A DNA stretch of 64,000 bases, from contig NC_092670.1 of assembly GCF_964355755.1 (NCBI RefSeq), positions 37,746,388-37,810,387 on the forward strand, given 5' to 3'. Every line of letters starts with the position of its first letter. Position 1 is the first letter of the stretch. The notes under the pieces were generated by a model. It did no database searches. It was given only the letters and a program-made list of their open reading frames with translations, and was not told the DNA's origin. This stretch comes from Antedon mediterranea. Taxonomy: Eukaryota; Animalia; Echinodermata. The translations under genes and the position numbers were made by a program. This document shows, in pieces, positions 50,040-63,484 of the stretch.

Positions 50040-50420
50040 CCGTTATGATGGTACTTGAATGACACGCGAACGGCACACGTGTAATAACCTTGAACCATCT
50101 TTTCAGGTTGTTTTTATAACGGATCCACTCTGAGGTAATACTAAATCTCCCGGATGTGCGATCTTTCAACCCGCGAGGATCGGAATACCGGTAGAAATGG
50201 CGAAAGGTACGTAAAATAGTCTGGTTATATTTATGTTTATTGCTTGCGCTTTGCATCTAAAGCAGTGTAGAAGCATGCATAATGTAAATTGTCTTATTTT
50301 TAACTGGTTTATAGATTTGCTGAGTTTATAAATAGCATTTTATTGTATGTAACAAAAAGCTAGGCCTGCAGTTTTCGGGTTTTGTGTGTTTTCCTTGTTT
50401 GATGCCACGTGTGACAAACG
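50040..50420 (+). promoter_or_regulatory. RPN2 promoter and first-intron region with bZIP-type CACG motifs
   Basis: CpG-rich patch with TGACACG at 50060, CACACGTGT near 50074 and TGCCACGT at 50403. Confidence 0.45.
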
Positions 50421-53400
50421 AGAGAGGGCGGGTTGTACCCACTGTGGTCCCTGTGTCTTCCTGGCAGCCAGGCCTAAGTAAAGCAAGGACTGTACACAGT
50501 ATACTGTACCATCGTCCTTCACAATGTTTGTTATCAGTTAGTACATTTAAGTAATTGATTTATGTTCTGGGACTATTAAATAATTATATAGGCCTAAATA
50601 ATATTAATAATAGTTTAATTAATAGCATGATCTAGTTTGCTGCAGAATCCTGGACCTGTATTTTTTTTTTTACGAAACAGGCTGTTCAATCTAGCTAGGC
50701 TAGCTAGCAGGCATACTGTAACCTCAGCTAGCAGTAGCAGGCATAACAATTTGTTCTATAAAATTAAAGGCTTAAATAATATTAATATACAGGTGATATA
50801 CTAGGCTACAGGACAGCAGTCTACCGATTGTTTATTTTAAACCTAAAATGATGGATGTGTTTGTTGTATGTATTATTTATTTTAGGAATTGGTTTGTTAC
50901 TGCTACTAGCATTTGCCATAACTGGGCATGCTCTACGACCTATTTCAACTTTGACCTTAGAAGATCAAGCAAGACTTAGAGCAGTTTTTGAGCAGGCTCA
51001 ACCCTTTACGGACCTGGCACATGCTCACTATTCAATCCTTGGGCTTACGTTGCTCAGTGCTCCTGCTCCAAAGGTATTAACATTGATTTTAATGCTGTGC
51101 CTGTGTATAGGATTTTGGCAGAATGAACGCAATTGATTGTTCAATTAAAAATCGGTCATGCATCCACATTTTTATTAACGCGTGTAAAAATTTTAACACC
51201 GATATTTTCGTTTAGTTAGCTGGCTTTAGTGGTGTGGTCATTTGCCTAGAGGAATGTTTTTTGGATTATACCACATCATCATCATAAAGCACTGGGCTTT
51301 GACCGTATTATTAGAGAAATTTCCACTTTTCAAAATGTAATTAATGTGTGTTATATATGTTCATATACATTGTTATCATCCTACAGCATCATAATAGGAA
51401 GTAATTGTTGAAAAATAAGAATCTTACAATTTGCTCATTGGAAAAATGCCGGCGTAACTTTTGTTTCTTTTTTAATTGACAGGATGCTTGCACTTTTTTG
51501 AAAGCTAAAGTTGATGTTAGTAATGTACAGTCCTTGTATCATGCAACATCTGCAGCGAAAGCACTAGGTAACTGCCAGGTGAGTCACTAAACACATTCTA
51601 GAAGTTTTTTATATAATTTATTTAGCCAAATTGTCAAAGATTTCCACCAGCAAAGTCAAAAGTGGAGTTATTTTATCTTGAGAGAACAAAATTCCTGACA
51701 CCACACAGGATTTGGAACTAAACTCTTGAATTGGTCGCCAAGTATCTCAACCACCAAGCTACAATGATTTACAAACTCCTTCACCCCTTGTAAAAACCTT
51801 GAATAATTGTTTCGTTTTTTTTTTATTTCATCATATAAGACATTACAAAGGAAAATATAATAATAATAATAATAATAAGACTTAAACAGCGCACATATCC
51901 ACAAAAGTGCTTTGGCACTTGTGAAAACCATGAAACATATTAAACTTAAACCTAAATACTACTGATAATTTTGACAAAAACCGAAATAAAAACAAAACCA
52001 ATTGAACCCACATCACTGCTTCCATTTACCAGCAATTTAAGGTGCATTGACCAGCCAGTATAAAACTCACAGGCGTTCTCAGTGATGTGGATATCTAGCT
52101 AAACAAATTAAAAGCTTACAAATTGCCAAAAGCAGCCGACAGCAGATGTGTCTTTAAGCGAACTCTTGAAGACATCAGTGGACTTGCTTGAACAAAAACA
52201 ACATAGACATCCATCTCCTTATAAATTAACCTTGCATATTAATGTATGTAATGGAATAATAATTTATTTTTTCTTTGTTGTTGATAGTTAAATGCTGCCA
52301 AAGCTAAGCAAACTTTAAATACTGCCCTGAATGAGAGTGCGGATGTTCCAACACTCTTTTATGCAGTATCTGCTCTTGATAGTTTGAAATTTCCAAGTAA
52401 GTAACATTTTCAGTATTTTAAATTTGATAACAATATTTCCAGTTTAAAACGAACAGTTCAATTCCTTGAATGGTTTTTCGAAAAAGGCCACTGGGTAAAA
52501 TATTATAAATAGGGTGAATTACTATTATATTTAGAATACATTTTTACATATAAATTATTTCTTTTTTTGTTGTAGTTAATTCAGCAGATGTAGCTAAGTT
52601 TCTGAAAGCAGCATTGAAAAAAGATGATAGCCTTTTAAGGTAAGATTCTTAGAGTGAACGGAAAAGATTATATCATCACTAAGGTGTTCTTCTACGAGGC
52701 TGCGATCATTTTAATACATTACTAAGTTTAAAATAACAAAAGAGAAAACAATACAGAAATTACATTTAAGGGTACAAAATAAAATTACACCAATAATTTT
52801 GTTAAAGTATTTAAATTTTGCATTAGTTAGAGTATTCCATAATCTAAGTTATGAAAAGTTTTTATATATTCTGTTTTGGGTTTATCCAATTTTAATACAT
52901 CCTTTGATCTTGTATGTATCTATTTTTTATATCTTATCATTCCCCTTTCTGTTCTCAAAATTCTATCTTCATCTTCATTCTTTTTAGTCAAATATATGGT
53001 CTTTATATTGCATCTAAGTTGTCTGCAGAGACAGATGTAACAGAATATTTGAATTCGGTTGAAGATATTGCTGCACAAGCAGATGAAATAGATGATCTTT
53101 ATTTACAGGTAACGTATTTATTTTTTATTTTGGCCGAGGGTTGGTTGCAAAAATGATAATTTAATTTATTTTTCAACAATTTAAAATGTACTGATGTTCT
53201 TTCAAATTGTTTTTAGTTTGAAGGCGGTATCCTACCATCGGCTATGTTCATTGATGGAAGTGTTAAGATCTCAGAAAAGACAAACAAGAAACCAGCTCTG
53301 ACTGAGGTGAGTACATTTAAATTCAACCATTGACTTCCAAAACAAGAAACTATAGGAATTTTGCTTAAGTCAAGATGATTAAGAAGTGTAAAACTTTATT

Positions 53401-56400
53401 TATCATAGCAGTTCTTTCTATCCTATCTAAAGCTCTTTGTACACTATCAAACTAGTTTGACAAAAAAATGGGATGTGCCCTTATATGGGAGTGGTATGCC
53501 CAAATATGGTAGTGATATGACATCTCCATATATGGGCACATCAAACTTTTTTGTTACAGAGTTTGATAGTGTAGACAAGGCTTAAAGGACTTAAAGCTCT
53601 GTCTACACTATCAAACAATGTGAGAAAAAATGAAATGAAATGCCCATATATGTACATGATGTCATATCACCACCATATTTGTGCATATCATGCCCATATA
53701 AGGGCACATCACACTTTTTTTTCAGACTAGTTTGATAGTGTAAGCAGAGCTTAAGATAATTTTTGCTAAGCATGTTTGATAAGCATGATACCTATTCTTT
53801 AGAAAATCTGGTTATTATTTTATACATATTTTTTTTTAAATTTAGGAACAAGTTGTGATGGCTGGTAACTATATTCTGAGCCGAAAGACCACACAGAACG
53901 TGCGCAATGCTTACTTGGTTGTTCTTGCCACCAAAGCCCTCTCCATTAACAAAGTAAGTGACGTAAACAAAATCTACATTTGAACTCCATCACCTTGATG
54001 AATTAGGTGAATTACGCAAACAAGAACATCTTTGAGAGGTGTTGCATATAAATATAATGTATAAATCCAAAGGCAAATTACTGAAAAAATCTCAATAGAG
54101 ATACAAATAAAATAAGCACAAAGCTAAATCAAAACAATAAAGTAAAACGGCCAGAAAAATTAGCAGAGATTTTGTGCAACACTAGCCTTTCATCAGTGCA
54201 AGTGAGAGTACTTAGGACAAGTAGAGAGTAAATATAATATACATACATATATATATTAACACATTAGGCAAAGAACATTAATTCTAAACCGCCCGGTGAT
54301 ATACTGAAATTTAATTAATTAATTTGAAACCATAAAGATGAGGAAATCTGTGAGAATGAGAAAAAGTCGTCCCAACATATATACATATATATATCTGTCA
54401 ATCTGACAATTAACAATATTTTCTGACCATATGTTTTCGATCACTGCTACCACTGCCAGCAAAAAAAAGTAGAAAGAAAGAAGAATAAAGAAAAGTACAA
54501 AATGAATTTAAAGTAATTTATTGTGAATCATTTCTGTTCTTATTTGTAGTTCTTCGTTCCAGTGGGCTTTAGCCTCGCAAGCAGCATAACAGTTTCCCCA
54601 GCACAGCCTAAGATTATAGTAAGTGTTCATTTCTGAATATTTAGCCTTCATTTTGTCCTAGTTTTTCCCCTTTTTTATTCTAACTGGCTTAAAACTACTT
54701 TTATTTATGTATATACTATCAAAGTTTATGTGACAAAAAAATGATGTGCCCATATATGGACATGATGATGTCATATCACTACCATATTTGAGCATATCAC
54801 TACCATATTTGGGCATATCACACTTTTTTTTGTCAAACTAGTGTAGACCGAGCTTAATAAGTTACGTCATTTGAATCCTGTTATCGAGAGAAAGATTTTT
54901 TTTGCCTATGAGGAAGATTTGACCTATATGATTAATTCTTACAGGTACAAGTTACTGACCTTATGACTGGATCTATTGGCCAGCTGTCCGTTTCAACCAA
55001 ATCAGCTGTTCGCAAATCGGACAGGTCTAAGCTGTTCACTGAGAAGAAACTTGCAGGAACAGCTGATAAGTAAGAAGCATTTTATTTTTTATTTTTGGGG
55101 TTGGGGTAAAATATTGTATTGTTTGATTTTGTGTAGCCACAAAACTGCTCATTGTCTTTAAGTTGTCTCGGAAGCAGATTTTGAATGCTTAAACATGATT
55201 TTATTTTTTAAATAGAACAAAGTTTGACTTGAACTTCCTGGAAAGCAAACCCGCCCCTGGCTTTTATGATGTCACATTGGTTGGTAAACTTGCAAAGCCA
55301 GACAGCAAATTCATTGGGTTAGCAGATGGCAGCATTACTGTTAAGGTTGTGACAGAGGTCATAGTTGAAGGGGTGGAGCTTCTTGTGATTGACAGGGATC
55401 AGAGTATTGCAACCAAGACTGTGAAGTAATTTTAATATTTAATTTTGTTTAACAGTACAGTAGTTGTACTTTATAATTTCCATACATTGGTTTGCCATTT
55501 GTGCAACACACAGGTAATTTTTCATAAAGATAGCAGTCGACAATTTGGAAGAATAATGTTATTCTTATTCTTTATTGCCAAAAACATAAAAAAACAACAA
55601 CTATAAAGTTAGGAAGTTTAGTGTTACCCTAAATCCCTATGGCTAAGAGCCAGTGTCACCATTAATCCCTATGACTCAGAGCAAGTGTTACCCTTTATCC
55701 CTATTGCTAAGAACCAGTGTTACCCTTAATCCGTATGGCTTAGAGCCAGTGTTACCCTTAATCCGTATGGCTTAGAGCCAGTGTCACCCTTAATCCATAT
55801 GACTCTGAGTCAGTGTTACCATTAATCTCTATTGCTAAGAGCCAGTTACCCTTTATCCCTATTGCTAAGAGCCAGTGTTACCCTTAATCCGTATGGCTTA
55901 GAGCCAGTGTCACCCTTAATCCATATGACTCGGAGCCAGTTAATCTTTTGATTAATTTTAAATATATAACTGTTTTTTCGCAGTGTACAGCACCCAAGGA
56001 AGGTGGCATCCCCTATAGATGCTGATTACCATCAGAACGTCATGCTTAAGTTCGTTCTCAAAGACAAAGCAACCAACAAACCAATGCCAGTCCATCAGGT
56101 AAAAATCTGTTTCTAATTGTCTGTTTTTGTATAAAGCGTCTGTTCCAGCACGGGTCCGGTTCAGCAAAATAATTTTCTAAGTTTAATATTTCCATATCAA
56201 TTCATGCATAGCCACGTGGAGCGTCATGAAAACAAAATATTGTCGGGTGTGAAAGACCCTTAAGAGCGGAGAATAACAGACATATGTATGATGATAATAA
56301 TAATATCCTAATGTTGTGAAACCTCTAAGCGCTGAACAGTATTACCTCAGTACTGATTTGCAAAATTCCATTAATTTACAACCTATCCTAGTGAAGGAAA

Positions 56401-59400
56401 AAAGGTCAAGTTTGGTGTTTGACCTTTGCCTTTTGAATAAAGTGTAGTGGGCAAGCTTAATATATATCCTTTTGCATATAAATTGATCAAAATTTGAGAT
56501 AAATTTATTTTTTTATATATATCACTGCGATAGTTAACAAGAAATGAAACATTTGTTGTTTATTTTGCAGGCTTTTATTCGAATGGCAAATCTAAAGACT
56601 AAACAGGAAGTGATCTTTACCTCGGATCGAACTGACACGCTACAATACTCTTTCAAATTGGACGTTGCTGAGAGTGGTCGAGACCACTTCAACGCCCTCT
56701 CTGGAAAATACTCAATGGAATTGATTATTGGAGACGCGTCTATTCAGAACCCATTCCTCTGGCATGTTGTAAGTATTTTTGGTTAAGCGTGGTTCCCACT
56801 AGCGACAGAATGCAACAATGTATTGAAGCAAAGTGCTGTATTGCGTAATCGCAAGTGGGAACCGACTGCGCAACAATGCTGCAAACATGGCAGGTTTGAT
56901 TTCACACATATGGGTGGGTGGGGGGGGGAGAAGCACAATTATTGGAAGGAATGTCCATTTGATGCAGTAGAACCTCTATCTACCTTCAGTACCCAAAAAT
57001 GTGTCCCCTTAATGGTGGTTGAGCCTGAATATTGGTTCTCTGTTAAAACATATATCACCTGTCTTTCCTTTTACTTGAAAGTGTCTGTCCCCTCAATGGG
57101 GGTCCCAAAATAGGGGTTCTACTATGTTTAAAATTCAGGTAACATTGTCTATATTTTTCGGAAAAATTTAGGATTTTATTATCAACACCAGTTCTTAAGC
57201 TCTGTCTACACTAGTACTAGTTTGATGTGTCTAAATATGGTAGTGATATGCCCAAATATGGTAGTGATATCACATCATCATGGCTGAATATGGGCACATA
57301 AATTTTGATAGTGTAGACAAGCCACTTGCAAGGTTTTAATCAAATTTTCCATGCAATACCTGCTTAAACTTTGTTATACAATATCTTATAAAAATAATTT
57401 ATTCACATCATGAACAAATCTACTTAAATTACACTAATAAATTCATTATAATGACGAAAACGAGAAAAATGTTAATAGGAAGAGCATCTACAGATAACGT
57501 ACTCTACAGGTAGGCTATCACTTATTTTCGGCTGCTAAAAAATCATATATTTGAACCCCATTTATTCTGTTTCCGTAGGCTGATGTGAACTTGAAGTTTT
57601 ATGAGGATCCAAGTAAGAAAGCCCCAGAAGTGGCATCAAGCCCATATGAGCCTAAGCCGGTCATTGATCACATGTTCCGTGTGCCAGAGAAGCGTCCTTC
57701 TAAAACCGTGTCGAGCCTCTTCACTGGGCTTATCGCAGTACCTTTGCTTGTCCTCTTAGCTTTGGTACGTTCTCCATTTTGCAGTATCTATCGTAGGCAT
57801 TCAACATGTTTAGGCCAACGTCTGTCATTTACATTTCATCTGAATGATGGATGAAACTAAACCTTTTAAACTGTTTAAAGCACCTTGATTGATCCTAACA
57901 TTGATCAAGGGCTTCTCTCGTCCAGTTCCTACATTGACCAGAGGAAAGGCATGATCCAATGCGTCTGAGGCAGATACTAGATGCAGGGATACCATAAAAT
58001 GCTTATTTCACATGCCTAATAGGACCCCAGCTCCATTACACCACTCGATATATCCAGATGGTTTCCCATCCAAACTCTAACCAGGCCCAACGTTGCTTAA
58101 CTTCGGTGATCTGACGAAACTGATGTTTCAACGTGGTAAAGCTGTATATATTTAACATGAAATACTTTACATATGTATATTAATACCATATACAGTATTT
58201 TATGGACCTGTTTTGTTTGAAAGGACTGCAATATATATTGCCTCATTTATGTCTATTCGAGTGTGCACTACAAAATACTGTAAAAAGGTTATACCTATTT
58301 GCATTACTGCTTTTTAAAAATATAAAATATTTTGTATTATTTTCTTTTGCAGTGGGCTAAGCTTGGGGTGAACCTAAGCAACTTTCCCATGTCTCTGAGT
58401 GCTGTCGGATTCCATGTTGGTTTAGGAGGTGAGTGTTGCTATGTCATCTCAGTTAACTGTCCATGATTACGGAAATGTGTTAATAATAATTTATAAAGCG
58501 CACGTATCCACTAGAAGTGCTCAAGGCGCTACCAAAGTTGACCGTGATGATGGATTAAATAGCCAGAACACATAGGTTGATAATAATTTATTTTGACCGA
58601 AACATCAATTTTTCTGTTGTATATTGTTCTAGATACATTAACTGTAGCCAGCATGAGGCATACGAGGCGTTCACTTGGTCTGAAATGTTCAATTTTCACT
58701 ATCCACCCCCATTTCCCCAGCAAAGACATTTCATATTAATAGTAATATTTTTAGCATCTTTGCCTCGTCTATTTTTAACCTTTTGCTACAGCCTTGATTA
58801 GTTGTATTCTTCTACTGGTCACTCGCAAACACCTCGCAGTGATCACTCGCAAACACCTCGCAGTGATCACTCGCAAACACCTCGCAGTGATCACTCGCAA
58901 ACACCTCGCAGTGATCACTCGCAAACACCTCGCAGTGATCACTCGCAAACACCTCGCAGTGATCACTCGCAAACACCTCGCAGTGATCACTCGCAAACAC
59001 CTCGCAGTGATCTACTGCCATTGCTCGCATAAAAAACAGCAATTAATTTAAGGAGCTATATCTGCTGACAATCTCTATCATACATATCTTCATCATGTGT
59101 AGTTCAAACACTATAATTTAAATATAATTATTGTTTTTTTCCAGCTATTTTTGGTCTTTTCTACTGCTACTGGGCATACCTAAATATGTTTCAAACTATT
59201 CGTTACTTAACAATAATAAGCATTGTTACTTTTATTTGTGGTAACCGTCTACTTGGAAGTATTGCAGCGAGAAAGTGAGTACACTACCCTTTACCTCTCA
59301 CCCTTAAGGCTTTAAAGGGGTATATATTTTTTTATTAAGATATTGTAAACCTTTCCAACAACATTGATAAAAACCCCAATTTTTTTAAGCAGAGAAAAAA

Positions 59401-59845
59401 GGCCCTTTTTAAAAAAAAGTGGACTTTTTCATATTATAAAATAAAAATGTTACTAATTTTCAATGACTTCTTATCATTTATTGGGTAACTATGTATACTA
59501 TTATAAAATAGTATTTATGTAAAATTTATTTTTCTTTTAGTGAATTTCCTATCTTATAGTATTAAGAAAAAGTCTGTTTTTAGCAGCACTTATTCATTGG
59601 AAGAACTTTTTGAATCATATACCCAATAATTAATAGAAATCCTGAATATAATTAAATGTTAGTATTTGCTGGAAATGTGCTCATTTCAACTGAATGAACT
59701 GCTAAATAATATTGTATGTATTTACGTATATAAACACAACAGACACTGAACATGCATTCATTTATTTTGTCATTGTTTTAACTTTACAATTTCAGTATGC
59801 AATTGATACACTGCATAAAGATTCTGTTTTTGCAGGACCCTTTAA
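50197..59845 (+). CDS. RPN2: Oligosaccharyltransferase subunit 2 (ribophorin II)
   Basis: Exons 50197-50206, 50886-51073, 51483-51578, 52288-52396, 52576-52639, 52988-53108, 53217-53306, 53846-53953, 54550-54618, 54945-55069, 55216-55425, 55984-56098, 56571-56768, 57579-57764, 58353-58428, 59145-59274, then tentatively 59836-59845. Motifs: EDIAAQADEIDDLYLQFEGG, VHQAFIR, LIIGDASIQNPFLW, PKPVIDHMFRVPEKRP, YWAYLNMFQT. The terminal exon is ambiguous. Confidence 0.92.
53430..53752. mobile_element. Two adjacent family B MITEs in opposite orientation
   Basis: Copies at 53430-53583 and 53595-53752. Confidence 0.8.
55619..55941. repeat. Degenerate 32-bp minisatellite, about 10 units
   Basis: cagtgttacccttaatccgtatggcttagagc and variants. 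Confidence 0.9.
56786..57123. mobile_element. Decayed family A MITE abutting a pogo-like MITE
   Basis: AGCGTGGTTCCCACTAG start. CAGTAGAACC...GGTTCTACT at about 56965-57123. Confidence 0.6.
57875..58146 (-). mobile_element. 5S rRNA-derived SINE (SINE3-type)
   Basis: Minus strand 58146-58055 reads accacgttgaaacatcagtttcgtcagatcaccgaagttaagcaacgttgggcctggttagagtttggatggg, a diverged 5S. It is fused to a body that recurs headless at 17189-17358. Confidence 0.8.
58819..59012. repeat. Perfect 24-bp minisatellite x8
   Basis: Unit tcactcgcaaacacctcgcagtga. Confidence 0.95.
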
Positions 59846-60893
59846 CATACATTTTTATAAAATAAAACATAAATAAAATAAAAATGAAAAAGAAATTCCA
59901 AACTGCCTGGTGATATCATATATGAAATGTAGATTCTTCCAGCTATATCTTTGAATGTTCTATGTGTTTTAAAATGTTGAATCTTGTTTCATTCTTCTTG
60001 TTGCTATCAATGTCTTAGGTTAGCTCGGTCATCACGTTATAAGGTACATGTTACAAAACGCAATTTTTGTTGTGTTTCGGTTTCATGATGATATTCGTTT
60101 TATGGTTTCATTTATATATGAAGTTCAGCATGCAAAATATTATTTTCAGTTCAACTGGTTGTTTTTTAAACGGGATTCTTTTAAACACAAAGATATTAAC
60201 ATTGTCATTAAATAATTTAGTGCATGTTTTAAATTCAAGTTAAGGTATTTATAAATATCATAAATGATGTTTACCTGTTTATATCCATTCATTGCCTTTG
60301 CATCAAATTCTTGGTAATAGGATTAAAGCTGTCAGGTGACACAATTTTGTTCCTAGTTACGCTTCAATTGTTTTGTAGTCATGCTCGATTGGTTGTCCTG
60401 ATCTATTGATGTACTTAAAGAGGTATTATCCTGCAAAAACATGAAAAATGAAGGTTAATAAAATAAAAAGATCATTTGAATAGGTCATTTTGCAGTTTGA
60501 AGTCACTTAAATTGTAAAAAAAAAATATGTTTGTCACTTATGAAAAAACAGTAATGTTTAATGTGTAATGTTTTTGTGAGAATGTCATTTTTGTTTTTAG
60601 TTAATTGTGATTATTTTTGTTAATTAGTGCATGGTGTTACAGGTGTTTAATTTAATTAAATATAAATATTCAAGACACCCTTTTCAAGGGATAACCCAAG
60701 TAAGGGGATACCCCTATACTTTCCTTTGAAACAAATGTTGGGTAATTTATATTAACACTTTGTTGGGTCTCAAAAGTGTCTCATTAATATGAGTTTCTAA
60801 TGCATTTCCTTTAGAAATCCAAGTAATTTTGCATTTTCTAATAAAACAGTTCACTACAAATATTAGACAATCTTTGAATATAGGGCCCTATTA

Positions 60894-61050
60894 AGCTCTG
60901 TCTATACTATCAAACTTTATGTGATAAGAAAATGTGATGTGCCCATATATGAACATGATGTCATATCACTACCATATTTGGGTATATCACTACCATATTT
61001 GGGTATATAACTACCATATTTAGCCACATCACTAGTGTAGAGAGAGCTTT
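60894..61050. mobile_element. Family B MITE
   Basis: Both TIRs and three internal 21-mers. Confidence 0.75.
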
Positions 61051-63484
61051 AGACAAGTACCATAAGCACTGAGGTGTAGCTCCACTAACTTCCAAAATCA
61101 CTTTTTTATTTTTTCAGGGGTTAAGGTGAAGGAAGGAGGTTTTCAACTTTTACTAGATAGTTTTTCACAAATTCATTAAAAAAAAACACAGATACAGTAG
61201 TTAACGCAATTGTCATTGGACTGACAAACACCTGTGGATTCAACATAAACACATTGTAATTTATGTATTTTGTATTGAAATATTGAAATATGTCAGATGC
61301 TGTTAAATAAGGGATGCATATTCCCAGCGTATTATTGACAACACCCATTCAAGCTGATTACTGTATAATATTTTCTGGAACTTTTGAAATCCATGTTAAA
61401 CGAAAATCTACCTGATTCTCTGTACTGTATATCTCCACACATGTGTCATTGAAATTTAGGATGAGGTTTGTGTTAGCTATGATACAGGCATCACATGTGA
61501 TTCACATCAGATGCTGTATTACAGAATTTGCCTGGACAATTTTAATAATTGAAAAAAAAAAGAATACAATTACTTTAGCATTCTGTTTGCCATTCTAGAT
61601 TCTCTGATATGCATATCAACCGGACACAAACTTTTGTCCATTTAAAAAAAAAATCAAAAATTTAAAACAGCAAATACAGTCATTCTAGGTCCTGTACTAC
61701 CAAATGAAATTGTAAAACTTTTACTTATTTTTCTTGTTAATTTTCTTTTATTTGTATGTTTATTTTCGCTTTAAATTACTGCAGAAGTTTTATCGTGTCT
61801 TGTTTTAGTATTTCTATGTACTAAATTGAAATTAAATCATTGGTTAAATTGAAACAAAGATCTTTTAATAGACTCTATATTTTAATGTTAATTGGGGGAT
61901 ATTATTAATTAGTACTTAAAGCTTTCATTTATATTCTGTTTCATTTCCGGACATTTTTAATACAGTGGGATATTTATAGGTTTTGGAATCTTCCAACCTG
62001 TGAATTTCTGAACATGCTTACTAAACCAAAATGAACCTTTTGGTTTTCCTCGTAGTATAAGTTACCCTATTGTGCAAACATCTGTGTTAACATCACGATG
62101 CCTTTGGTTGGCTGTTTGTACCAACTATATATTGGAAAATAAATGTTTAATGAAAGAATGTACATTTGTTACGTCAATGAATTTAAATAAATTAAAGGTT
62201 GCCCACGTAATTTCTAATATTGTTTTTTTTATGACTTTCTCATTCAGTTTAAACAAAAGCATTGTCTACACTATCAAACTTCATATGGCAAAAATATGAT
62301 ATGCCCATATATGTACACGATGATGACATATCACTACCATAATATTTGGGCACATCACACCTTTTTTTGTCAACTGACGCCATTTGCACACTGCGATAAC
62401 CAATAGCATAATATATATTATATATGCAGGAAAGATAAAATACAAATTTCACGTAGTCCGTCCGATGAACTGCGTGTAGAATAAAAAATCAAGCGAACCG
62501 TTGTATTTGCAACGATTTATGCAATAACTTTACATTAGAATTGATTTGTATAATTTCTAAAGTTATTGCCATCGTAGATTGCTTAGCTCAGCAAAACTTT
62601 TACTTTCACAGCGGCGTTGTGTATTTATTTTATTCAGCGTTTAGTAATGGCATTGTTTACAAGATATTTTTTATTGTAAACATATGTTTTTTTTAGAATA
62701 AAATGTATGACATCTCATTATATTTATGGATCGTATACATACACCCGAAGTACAGTACGTTCATTAGCATGTGGACATCTGGCTATAAAATAAGGCGTCA
62801 TCTACGCGTCTGGAAACTTGCAACCCAAACGCGTCTGTTCAATGCAGAACCTCATTAACGATCTTATGAATATTCATGAGCTACCCAATCGCGGCGAAGA
62901 CGCGTCTGTGTGATTGAAACCCATAGTAGCCATTTCTGGCATTATTATGGTTTTTGGCATTATTTGGAGGCCCACGGCATCTGGCATAATGCCACTGCAT
63001 TATTTAGCCGTTTTTAGCATAATATGGCATAATTTTGTGTTTTTTAAACAAGCAAAAAAATAATATAGGCTACCGCAGAACAAGAATAATATTTTGTTTA
63101 ATCTTGCAATTTCGTACATATCACCTTACATTATGTGTTTTTAAGACTGTTCTCGGTTGTATATTATATTTATGTCTTTTTTTATTGGGTAATTTTAAAT
63201 TTCCTCTATCCTTTCCTTTCGGACTCAATCCACACTTGGGATAGGAAGGCTGCTGACAAACTACCGTGTGTGCGATAGGCAGCACAACGAAACCGACGAG
63301 GCTAGCCGCGATTGGCCAATTGCTCTAATCATGGACCTATCTAATTTTATAGGTCCATGCTCTAATCATGCAGGTTATTGGATCCCAGATGTAGAGACAA
63401 TTGAACGAAAACAAGGGGTTTTGTTTTTTAAGTTCATATAAGCGGCCGCACCCCTACCATAACCCTTAAAAGGGCAGTAACTTA

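Noticed and set aside
54165-54205. Second hammerhead (minus strand CTGATGAAAGGCTAGTG...)
   Set aside because: The GAAA core and stem II are not intact. At most a decayed PLE relic.
58055-58146. Functional 5S rRNA gene
   Set aside because: Diverged, lacks a normal 3' end and T-run terminator, and is fused to a dispersed repeat body.
58775-59051. Four overlapping repeat ORFs
   Set aside because: Produced by a 24-bp intronic minisatellite in RPN2.
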